DNA of 64,000 nt. It comes from Candidatus Micrarchaeota archaeon (GTDB taxonomy: Archaea > Micrarchaeota > Micrarchaeia > Anstonellales > Bilamarchaeaceae). A program made the position numbers and the translations under genes. Position 1 is the stretch's first letter. Each line of letters starts with the position of its first letter. The stretch spans positions 128,001-192,000 of the forward strand of contig JBDRCX010000002.1 of the NCBI GenBank assembly GCA_043821365.1. Direction: 5' to 3'. Below, piece after piece: positions 29,304 to 37,339 of the stretch. Below the pieces are notes generated by a model that was not told the origin of the DNA, ran no database searches, and saw only the letters and a list, made by a program, of their open reading frames with translations.

Positions 29304-30605
29304 TTATAACCGCGTGTTTTTTCTTATGGCCATCTCCACCCCGACCTTTAGCAAATCATAGGTCTTTGAGACTGAGGGGCAATAGGCATTTTCATAATCT
29401 AGCATGTCAGTGAGTTTTGCATTTGAATATATTGCCTGTGCAATAAGGTTTATTCTATTTGTTGCACCAAACCCATATCCTTGCGCACCTAGTATTCTTC
29501 CACTTCCTTTTTCTGCAACTAATTTAAGCATTATTTTGTTGTTCTCTGGAAATGGTTCTGGTATGGCAAATGCATTTATCTTTGATGTTATTATTTCCAT
29601 ACCTAATTTTTTGGCTTCCCCTTCGGTTATGCCAGTTGATGCAACTTCATACCTGTCTATTCTTGATACAAAAGTCCCTAAGGTTCCAATATACTTTCTA
29701 TTGCCCCCAACTGCATTAACACCTGCAACCATTCCCTGAAGATATGCAATTGTTGACAACTTCGCATTACATGGTTTTTTTGTTATGAAATTAAAAGCAT
29801 GGCAGCAATCTCCTGCTGCATAAATATCTGGATCAGAAGTTTGCATAAGTTCATTAACTGAAATATTGCCATTTTCAATCTCAACAACATCTTGTGCAAG
29901 TTCAATGTTTGGTCGTACTCCTACTGCCAAAACCACCATATCTGTTTCTATTTCTGAATTTTCCAAAATTATTTTTTTGCCAACAATTTTCTGTACTTTC
30001 GAATTCAGAAGTAGGTCGATACCATTTTTTCTTATTTCATCTTCTAGCAAACTAGAAAGCTCATTGTCAAATGATTGTTGCATAACAGAGCCAAATGCTT
30101 CGGCTATTGTTACTTTTAGTCCTGCTTTTTTTAATGCAAAAGCTGTTTCTATCCCTATTGCGCCTGCACCTATGACAACCGCAGATTCAAATTCTTTTAT
30201 TTTCTTACTTACTGCTTCTGCATCTTGAAAAGAGTACAATCCAAATGCGTTTTCAATCCCCTCTATTCTTGGTTTGAATGCTTTACTTCCAGTCGAAATA
30301 AGCAGTTTATCATAAGAAACTGATTTTGTTCCCCCATCCTTTGTCAATTCAACTTTTTTATTTTCCTTATCTATTTTTGTTACCCGGGCAAATGTTATAT
30401 GTTCTATGCGCATTTTTCCAAGCATTGGATCGTGCTTGGTATCCTCTAATTTTATTGTACCATCCAATGCAAATGGTAAATAACAACTGTGTGCAAGGTA
30501 GTCTTTTTCATCAATAACACAAATTTCAGCATCTGGATTTTGTTTTCTTGCATAGAGTGCTGCAGCAAAGCCTGCAGGTCCAAAACCAACAATAACTAGC
30601 TTCAT
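29304..30605 (-). CDS. FAD-dependent NADH oxidase / CoA-disulfide reductase family flavoprotein
   Basis: VGFGPAG, AHSCYLPF (single redox Cys), GAGAIGIE...AE, IYAAGDC, GRILGAQ and AYCPSVS. Confidence 0.88.
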   Translation of the reverse strand: MKLVIVGFGPAGFAAALYARKQNPDAEICVIDEKDYLAHSCYLPFALDGTIKLEDTKHDPMLGKMRIEHITFARVTKIDKENKKVELTKDGGTKSVSYDKLLISTGSKAFKPRIEGIENAFGLYSFQDAEAVSKKIKEFESAVVIGAGAIGIETAFALKKAGLKVTIAEAFGSVMQQSFDNELSSLLEDEIRKNGIDLLLNSKVQKIVGKKIILENSEIETDMVVLAVGVRPNIELAQDVVEIENGNISVNELMQTSDPDIYAAGDCCHAFNFITKKPCNAKLSTIAYLQGMVAGVNAVGGNRKYIGTLGTFVSRIDRYEVASTGITEGEAKKLGMEIITSKINAFAIPEPFPENNKIMLKLVAEKGSGRILGAQGYGFGATNRINLIAQAIYSNAKLTDMLDYENAYCPSVSKTYDLLKVGVEMAIRKNTRL

Positions 30606-30696
30606 GATTAGTTAGGAGTACAAATAATTTATATGATTATATGTGAGAATCAGGTGTTAAATAAATAGAAAATTAAAAAATAAAAGATATTTAGTT

Positions 30697-31002
30697 TCAA
30701 CCAAAAAGATTTGCTAAACCTTCAGCTGCTTGTTCTTCTTTCTTTCCTTCGTCTTCCTTCTTTTCTTCTTTCTTTGCTTCAGCTGCAGGAGCTGCTGCAA
30801 CTGGTGCTGCTGCAACCATGGTTGATTGCTTTAGAAGGTCTTCGAAGTTTACTCCTTTTACTGCTTCTGCAAGAACTTTTGCTCGGGCTTCATCTACCTC
30901 TGCTCCGCTTGCTTTAACTACAGCTACAATTGCCTCTTGGCTAACTTCCTTTCCAGCTCCGTGCAAAACAAGCACGGCATGCAAATATGGATCTACTTTC
31001 AT
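30697..31002 (-). CDS. rpl12: 50S ribosomal protein P1/P2 (archaeal L12)
   Basis: YLHAVLVLHGAGKEVSQE..., Ala-rich hinge, acidic tail EEQAAEGLANLFG. Confidence 0.95.
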   Translation of the reverse strand: MKVDPYLHAVLVLHGAGKEVSQEAIVAVVKASGAEVDEARAKVLAEAVKGVNFEDLLKQSTMVAAAPVAAAPAAEAKKEEKKEDEGKKEEQAAEGLANLFG

Positions 31003-31025
31003 TTCATATACACCTTTTTTCTTTA

Positions 31026-31880
31026 TTATTTACCCATACTCTCACAAGCTACACCTTGCTTTACTGCAGAGGTGAGAAGCTGCTCGATTGAGCTGGATGA
31101 ATATAATCCTCCGTTTAATGAGAAACTAATTCCTTGTTTTACTGCTTCACCCAAGAGCATATCGATGTTCTGCTCAGTTGGGTATTTGACATTCAATGAG
31201 AAATTCAATGCCTGTGACAAGCTAACTTGCATATCTACGTTTATGGTATCACATATATCCAAAAGATCTCTTGAATAAATGTATTCTCCGTCAAATCCAA
31301 ATATCAAATTAGCCATGACTTCAAAAGGCATGACACTTAGTGTCTGGAGTGCTTTAGCTTTTGCTTCGGTTATTTTTTCTCCGCTTTTAGCAACAACACT
31401 CTCTTTTGCTATTGTTATTTTACCTGCTTTAATCTGCGCATTTAGTCCTGCTGCCTTAAGTTCAGATAATGCTGGTCCTGCAGGAAGGTCAGTTTCACCT
31501 TCTGGGACAATTATATCTACTACAGCAACATCCCCTATCTTGGCTGCTCGTTTCTTCTTATTTTGTTTGAAAAATGAATTGAGTTCATATGCAGATTGAT
31601 TTGTGTAAATAAGTGCAACTGGTTTGTTACATTCACCTACTTTGGCTGCAAGTTTTTTGTTTGCTGCAAGCACCCTGCTTACAACGGGTTTCTTAAGAAC
31701 TAAAACTTGGCCCCCACCCTCTCTTACTTTCTTTCTAATCGATTGGAAAAGAGCATCAGGAAGCTTTCTTAAGTCAAGCATTGCAACTGTTTTATATTTT
31801 TTCATATCTTCCAATGCTTTCTGTACCTGTTCTACTTTTTTCTTTACTCGTTTTCTATTAATATCAGTTTTGTAAGTCAT
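31026..31880 (-). CDS. rpl10: 50S ribosomal protein uL10 (P0)
   Basis: RAAKIGDVA..DIIVPEGETDLPAGPALSEL, KIT..K and AKALQTLSVMPFEV; lies between rpl1 and rpl12. Confidence 0.92.
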   Translation of the reverse strand: MTYKTDINRKRVKKKVEQVQKALEDMKKYKTVAMLDLRKLPDALFQSIRKKVREGGGQVLVLKKPVVSRVLAANKKLAAKVGECNKPVALIYTNQSAYELNSFFKQNKKKRAAKIGDVAVVDIIVPEGETDLPAGPALSELKAAGLNAQIKAGKITIAKESVVAKSGEKITEAKAKALQTLSVMPFEVMANLIFGFDGEYIYSRDLLDICDTINVDMQVSLSQALNFSLNVKYPTEQNIDMLLGEAVKQGISFSLNGGLYSSSSIEQLLTSAVKQGVACESMGK

Positions 31881-31888
31881 ACCCTCAC

Positions 31889-32521
31889 CTAAACAACTTT
31901 TATTGGCTTACCCATTGTAAGTTTTACGTAAACCGATTTGATGTTACCTTCATTTACTTTGTTTTTCACAGCATCATATACTGCTTCTGCGTTGTCAACA
32001 AGTTCTTCTGCTCCCATGATTTCAGTTCCGATTAATGCTTGGGCAACTGGAAGGTATTTTCCTTTTGATACAATTCTTATACTATTCTTTGATTTTTTTA
32101 TCAAGTCAGATACACTCCCTACTATTGGTTTTGGAAGCTTACCTCTCTTACCTAAATACTGACCAAGTGATTTAGCAACTGCACCCATCAAACTTGGTTG
32201 TGCGAGTAAGAAATAGTTGTCTGCCAAGTCACTTACCTTTGCTGGTTCTGAATATGAAGGTATGGTGTCGGGGGTTATTATAAGGTCTGCACCTGCTTTT
32301 TTTGCTTCATCAGCTGTACTGCCTTCTGCAAAAACTGCTGATTTGAGTTCCTTACCACCTTTACCTTTTGGTAATACAATATCAAGGTTAAGTCTATTTT
32401 CACTCTTAGAGAAATCAATTCCTCTCATGTTTATGATTATCTCTACGCTTTGTTTGAATTTTCTTTTCCCTTTTTCTTCAAGAGCCAGTCCAATGGCTTC
32501 AATTAGTTTTTTCTTATCCAT
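31889..32521 (-). CDS. rpl1: 50S ribosomal protein uL1
   Basis: KRKFKQSVEIIIN..IDF, LGQYLGKRGKLPKP and VYVKLTMGKPIKV; AGGAGG SD upstream. Confidence 0.96.
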   Translation of the reverse strand: MDKKKLIEAIGLALEEKGKRKFKQSVEIIINMRGIDFSKSENRLNLDIVLPKGKGGKELKSAVFAEGSTADEAKKAGADLIITPDTIPSYSEPAKVSDLADNYFLLAQPSLMGAVAKSLGQYLGKRGKLPKPIVGSVSDLIKKSKNSIRIVSKGKYLPVAQALIGTEIMGAEELVDNAEAVYDAVKNKVNEGNIKSVYVKLTMGKPIKVV

Positions 32522-32540
32522 AATAAAGCCCTCCTACTCT

Positions 32541-32571
32541 GTTTCGTTGATTTGCTTCGCAAATACGAAAC
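32541..32571 (-). promoter_or_regulatory. Stable hairpin in the rpl1 5' leader
   Basis: mRNA GUUUCGU-AUUUGC-GAA-GCAAAU-CA-ACGAAAC (13 bp, 2-nt bulge), ending 5 nt before the AGGAGG SD (32530-32535). Confidence 0.6.
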
Positions 32572-32642
32572 CATTCCCAGTAGTACAACGGGTAAGAATA
32601 ATCTTTTATGAGACGTGTTTAAAAACCTATCCTCGATGCTTT

Positions 32643-33464
32643 TTAGTTGTTATATACCTGTTTTGCATAAATCATTGATAGTTTTTCATCATATTTGTCT
32701 GTTTTTATGACAACGTCAAAACCATTTCTTCTGAGAAGACCGGCTATCCATTTGCTGTCTCTTCCATCTCCTTGATAGTGACATTCCATTGCTATCTGTC
32801 TTATCATTCCTAAAACATCAATTGGAAGCCTTCTAAGTATCTCATATTCTGCCCCCTCACAGTCCATTTTGAGAAAATCAATTCTTCGTAGCCTATTCTG
32901 GTCAACTATATCAGTGAGAGTTGTTGTCCTTACTGTTATCTCGCTTCTGGTTTGTTCGGTTCTATGTATTGAGTGTCCACCAGTATTTCCTGGATCAATA
33001 TACAAAGTTAGGGACCCAGCTCTGTCTGATACTGCCTCCTGTCTTGCAATAACATTCCCTATCCTATTTATGGCAAGATTAGTGGCAAGTAAATTGAAAT
33101 TATCTGGATTTGGTTCAAAAGTATAAACTCTGCCATGGGATGCCATTTTTGCAGCTAAAACAGAGAAAATTCCTATATGTCCCCCAATTTCAACTATAGT
33201 ATCCTCTCTTCCTATGGATAATTCACCTGGAAAATAACCTCGTCTGAATACAACTTCATTTAGAACATACCTGTCTACAGTTCCTGCTCTAACAACGAAT
33301 CTAGTTCCATCTCTTAGAGTATAACTCATCTTATCTGAACCAGCTAGGCCCACACAATCCATAAGATATGTTCCCCAATTCTCAAGTCTATGTACTGACC
33401 TGGCTGCTGTTTGAAGTTTGGTTGGTATGGCTCTGGCTAAGCTCTGAAGTCTTGTGGTATTCAT
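32643..33464 (-). CDS. FkbM family SAM-dependent methyltransferase
   Basis: IVEIGGHIGIFS, VYTFEPNP, IDFLKMDCEGAEYEIL and IAMECH. Start placed at ATG 33464. Confidence 0.92.
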   Translation of the reverse strand: MNTTRLQSLARAIPTKLQTAARSVHRLENWGTYLMDCVGLAGSDKMSYTLRDGTRFVVRAGTVDRYVLNEVVFRRGYFPGELSIGREDTIVEIGGHIGIFSVLAAKMASHGRVYTFEPNPDNFNLLATNLAINRIGNVIARQEAVSDRAGSLTLYIDPGNTGGHSIHRTEQTRSEITVRTTTLTDIVDQNRLRRIDFLKMDCEGAEYEILRRLPIDVLGMIRQIAMECHYQGDGRDSKWIAGLLRRNGFDVVIKTDKYDEKLSMIYAKQVYNN

Positions 33465-33570
33465 AGTAACACAATCTATTATTTTATCTAACAATATTTA
33501 AAGCTGTTGGAAATGTTTTATTAAATCGAAGAATGTGACATTCATTTATATTTTTTACTCATAGTAATAC

Positions 33571-33960
33571 TTGATAATGTATCGCAGAACAGTTCAACAC
33601 AGTAGTTATGCTATCTTACCTGCCACAAAGCCTAATGGGAAATCTAGAGAGAATGTAGATCTATTAGTAAGTAAGTCTGGTGGTAGTGATGAAGTTCTTG
33701 GGATTTTTGTAACGCGTCTAGTTGCATCGAGTAATCGAGCTGCACAATCAAGTCTAAAAAAACTTGAAACAGATGGAACTAGGTTATCCTTTGTTTATGA
33801 TGGTCCTGCACCAGTAACTGATGAAAGAACAGCCAGGTTTAATCTAACTCAATATGTTTATCTTGTTTATAGACCAGTCTCTAATGATGCAGTTTCTACA
33901 TTTCAAAGAATTAGAGAAGATGCTCATCAAGAGCATCATGTTGAAAGACAACAACAATAA
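33571..33960 (+). CDS. hypothetical protein (ATG at 33577 likely)
   Basis: Fills the intergenic gap; no motif recognised; Arg>Lys. Confidence 0.55.
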   Translation: MIMYRRTVQHSSYAILPATKPNGKSRENVDLLVSKSGGSDEVLGIFVTRLVASSNRAAQSSLKKLETDGTRLSFVYDGPAPVTDERTARFNLTQYVYLVYRPVSNDAVSTFQRIREDAHQEHHVERQQQ

Positions 33961-33961
33961 C

Positions 33962-34078
33962 CTAGAGTTCACCTACTCTTCTTTTCATTTTCTTTCTAAG
34001 TCTTTTGCGCTTTTTCTTTACCCATTTCCAGCGCATTCTGTTTTTCTTTTTCCATTTTCTTGGTTTTGCACCCATCAT
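33962..34078 (-). CDS. rpl41e: Ribosomal protein eL41 (L41e / eS32), 37-38 aa; not in the ORF track
   Basis: MMGAKPRKWKKKNRMRWKWVKKKRKRLRKKMKRRVGEL; the RKWKKKxRMRWKW pattern is the archaeal L41e signature; AGGTGA SD at 34080-34085. Confidence 0.88.
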   Translation of the reverse strand: MMGAKPRKWKKKNRMRWKWVKKKRKRLRKKMKRRVGEL

Positions 34079-34163
34079 TTCACCTAGTAATGTTAATTGT
34101 GGAAGAATAATTTAGCGTTCCGCTTAAATATCTATTGGTAGTTTACTTTTTGGAGGTATTTTT

Positions 34164-34841
34164 ATGGAACATAAGATAGAAGGAGAGGTAATGCAGGCGT
34201 TAACTCTTGAATTGGAAGCTGGCGAAGAGGTATTTGCAGAATCAGGTGCAATGGCTTGGATGACAGATAATGTTAGTATGGAGTCATATATGCGTGGCGG
34301 ACTTGGAGCTGGATTAGGGAGAATGTTCACAGGAGAATCACTTTTTATGGTTAGATATAAGACAACAGGAGGGAAAGGTCTTGTTACTTTTGCTCCTTCA
34401 TTCCCAGGTAAAATCCTAAAATTAGAAATAGTACCTGGAAAAGAAATGATTTGTCAAAAGGATGCGTTTTTAGTTGCACAAGAAAGTGTGCAGTTTGAAA
34501 CAATCTTCAAAAAGAAACTTGGTGTTGGTCTTTTTGGTGGTGAAGGATTCTTACTTCAAAAACTTTCAGGAAATGGTCTTGCATTTGTTGAAATAGATGG
34601 AGAAGTTTTTGAGATGGATCTTAAGGAAGGAGAAAAAATGAAAGTTGATACTGGTTCAATAGCTATGTTTGAACCAACTGTCAAATATGACATCCAGATG
34701 GTGAAGGGTGTGAAAAATATGCTTTTTGGTGGTGAAGGGCTTTTCCTTGCAACCCTGGAAGGTCCTGGTAAAGTCTGGTTGCAGACAATGCCAGCAAGTA
34801 GTCTTGCACAAAAGATAATCCCGTATATCCCATCAAGATGA
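34164..34841 (+). CDS. AIM24 / TIGR00266 family protein
   Basis: AESGAMAWM, GESLFM, CQKDAFL, GGEGFLLQKLSGNG and GPGKVWLQT. Confidence 0.93.
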   Translation: MEHKIEGEVMQALTLELEAGEEVFAESGAMAWMTDNVSMESYMRGGLGAGLGRMFTGESLFMVRYKTTGGKGLVTFAPSFPGKILKLEIVPGKEMICQKDAFLVAQESVQFETIFKKKLGVGLFGGEGFLLQKLSGNGLAFVEIDGEVFEMDLKEGEKMKVDTGSIAMFEPTVKYDIQMVKGVKNMLFGGEGLFLATLEGPGKVWLQTMPASSLAQKIIPYIPSR

Positions 34842-34845
34842 TGGT

Positions 34846-35151
34846 ATGGATAAGATAAAATTATCTAGCAACGATTTGCTTTTTGCAGCTGCTGCGTTGT
34901 CTGTTATTCTGATAATAGCAGTATTCGTAGTCGTTGCTATTCTTGTTCTTTTTACTATTGGTTCGCCATTTGTACTTTTCAGTACCATCCTTGGTTTTGG
35001 TGTTTTTGGTATTTTTGCTTTGATTGGCCTTGCCATAGCTACCATAAGTTTTTGGTATGTAATCTATGCGTTTATCAAAAATTATTTTGATGGCAATGAT
35101 GATATTAAGTCTACTAAGAATTATTCTATAAACAGAATTAAAAAAAGTTGA
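34846..35151 (+). CDS. Small membrane protein
   Basis: Long hydrophobic segments; follows AIM24 after a 4-nt gap. Confidence 0.7.
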   Translation: MDKIKLSSNDLLFAAAALSVILIIAVFVVVAILVLFTIGSPFVLFSTILGFGVFGIFALIGLAIATISFWYVIYAFIKNYFDGNDDIKSTKNYSINRIKKS

Positions 35152-35154
35152 AAA

Positions 35155-35460
35155 TTAGCTTAATGATATTTTTACGAATACATTTGTTGGGACTTTTATC
35201 CTTAATATCTGTTTGATATATTTTTCATCGCCCTCAACATCACAAAGTCTCTTATGGACTCTCTTTTCCCAATGTTCGTATGTGTCTGTTCCGTCTCCAC
35301 ACGGAGTTCTTCGGCATGCGATTTCCATTTTCCTTCTTGGGAGCCTGACTGGACCTATGAATGTCATACTTAAGGTTGTAGATAAATTCTTTATTTGATC
35401 AACTACATTATCGAGGGCAGCAGGGTCCTCACCACTAAGTTTAATCCTAACTTTTGTCAT
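35155..35460 (-). CDS. rps10: 30S ribosomal protein uS10 (stand-alone, divergent)
   Basis: VRIKLSG, GPVRLP, RRTPCGDGTDTYEHWEKRVHKRL and VFVKISL. Confidence 0.92.
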   Translation of the reverse strand: MTKVRIKLSGEDPAALDNVVDQIKNLSTTLSMTFIGPVRLPRRKMEIACRRTPCGDGTDTYEHWEKRVHKRLCDVEGDEKYIKQILRIKVPTNVFVKISLS

Positions 35461-35533
35461 GTAATACCTCTAAATAAGCAAAAATTGCGAATTAGATATT
35501 AATTTACAAAGGTATTTAAACCAGACGATTATC

Positions 35534-36325
35534 TTGTTTTTAATCGTTCTTTTATGGATATTCTTAGTGGTAGAATATGAATACCCATGTCTTATAAATA
35601 GTTTGTGCCAATCCTTTAGTGTGCAAAAATTCAAACCATCAGAAGTAAGAGAGGCTGCTTTAGATAGGATAAAGAAAATACAGCCACTATGCGAAACAAT
35701 CCTTGGTAGGAAATTAGATGCTAATGTGAAAGTTCGCGTACATGGAAGATTAGTTACTGGTTTTATGTTTGATATCTGGTACCCATGTAAAAAAGCATTT
35801 ACTGTTCCATTTTCTGATGTTGCTTCTGAAGATCTTTTTACTAGAACAGCACGAGTGCTATTCTCTCCAGTTCTATTTACACTCAGAAGAATCTACGAAA
35901 TATTATATCTTGATTTTGGTGCACGATCTGGCCATGCAATAACAAGAGATAATGTCATATATATTTTATCAAGAACAAAAACAAAACCAAATACTGCTGA
36001 ATTTGATTATTTTATTGCACACGAATTAATCCATTTACTTACACCAGAAGTGGAACAATACTATGGAAATATTGGTACTACCATAAGTGAAGGTCTTGCA
36101 ACTTATTATGGTGAAAAAGTAGCCCAACTAATTCATCCAGAGCTTAATGTTATAGGAGATATTGAAGCAAGAGCACCATATATCTGTGGTTATAATTTTA
36201 TCAAAGCTATAGCTGAAATAACTGGCCAGGATCCATTCAAAGTCATGTCCAATACCCCTGTAATAGAAACTGAAAAAGGTCACGAATATCTTTATCGATT
36301 GCGTGCTTTAATGGCTACAGCCTAG
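35534..36325 (+). CDS. hypothetical zinc metallopeptidase (gluzincin-like); real start probably downstream (e.g. GTG 35621)
   Basis: FIAHELIH...ISEGLATY...YICGY; TTATAAAT box at about 35592 lies inside the tracked ORF. Confidence 0.65.
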   Translation: MFLIVLLWIFLVVEYEYPCLINSLCQSFSVQKFKPSEVREAALDRIKKIQPLCETILGRKLDANVKVRVHGRLVTGFMFDIWYPCKKAFTVPFSDVASEDLFTRTARVLFSPVLFTLRRIYEILYLDFGARSGHAITRDNVIYILSRTKTKPNTAEFDYFIAHELIHLLTPEVEQYYGNIGTTISEGLATYYGEKVAQLIHPELNVIGDIEARAPYICGYNFIKAIAEITGQDPFKVMSNTPVIETEKGHEYLYRLRALMATA

Positions 36326-36414
36326 TTTACAATAAAAAAATTCAATAACTTTATAAATTTGTATTGAGATAGAATGTCCTAGTTCTTAGAAATTTTGAAG
36401 CGGGAGAGGTTAGT

Positions 36415-37338
36415 ATGAACCATGTATTATATCTTAAGGAATATGATGGAAAATGGATTGAATCTGTTATTGATATGGCATTGGATATAAAGAAGAATCC
36501 AACAAAATATCAAGATGCACTAAAACACAAAACTCTTGCAATGATTTTTCAAAAAACTTCTACAAGAACAAGGCTATCCTTTGAAACTGGGATGACAAAA
36601 CTTGGTGGCCATGCGATTTATGTTGATTGGAGAACAACTCAGCTTGCAATCGGAGGCGTACAAGACGAGGCAAAAGTTATTTCAAGCTATGCTGATGCAA
36701 TAATGGTAAGACCTTTGAAACATGCAACTTTGGTCGAGATGGTAAAGGGTTCTAAAGTCCCAGTCATCAATGGGCTTTGTGAAAAATACCACCCATGCCA
36801 AGCACTTGCAGATCTAATGACAATAAAAGAAAAATTCGGGAAAACAAATGGTGTTAAAGTCGTGTACACTGGTATTGGAAATAATGTAAGTAACTCACTT
36901 TCATATGCGTGTGTGACTACTGGTGTTGATTTTACTCTCTCAGTTCCAGAAATTGATAAAGACGGTATTGATCAAGATAAAATGAAAAAGATCAAAGTAC
37001 ACCAAAACTATAATGAAAATCCGAACATTCAAGATGCAGTAAAAGGTGCCGATATCATTTACACTGACACGTGGGTCAATATGGAATTCTTCACTGATCC
37101 AAAATTTGCTCAAGAAAAGGAAAGAAGAGAAAAAGCATTCATGCCATATCAATTAAATAAAAAATTAATGGAGATTGCAGGACCTCAGGTACATTCTATG
37201 CATGATATGCCTGCGCATATTGATTATGAGATTGACGAGTATGGATTAAGAGGGCCAAAATCTTTGGCATTTATTCAAGCAGAAAATCGTATGTGGGCTC
37301 AGATGGCTTTACTTATCAAACTTATTGGTGAAAAATGA
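36415..37338 (+). CDS. argF: Ornithine carbamoyltransferase family protein
   Basis: FQKTSTRTRLSF, HPCQALAD and GNNV; variant DTWVNMEF and HDMP motifs. Confidence 0.88.
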   Translation: MNHVLYLKEYDGKWIESVIDMALDIKKNPTKYQDALKHKTLAMIFQKTSTRTRLSFETGMTKLGGHAIYVDWRTTQLAIGGVQDEAKVISSYADAIMVRPLKHATLVEMVKGSKVPVINGLCEKYHPCQALADLMTIKEKFGKTNGVKVVYTGIGNNVSNSLSYACVTTGVDFTLSVPEIDKDGIDQDKMKKIKVHQNYNENPNIQDAVKGADIIYTDTWVNMEFFTDPKFAQEKERREKAFMPYQLNKKLMEIAGPQVHSMHDMPAHIDYEIDEYGLRGPKSLAFIQAENRMWAQMALLIKLIGEK

Positions 37339-37339
37339 G

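Noticed and set aside
20159-30605. One continuous operon from nox/gcv through AMP phosphorylase
   Set aside because: lipA is on the + strand and interrupts the run, so this is a cluster of at least three transcription units.
32541-32571. GTTTC...GAAAC 31-mer resembling a CRISPR repeat
   Set aside because: Single copy with no spacers; better explained as a leader hairpin.
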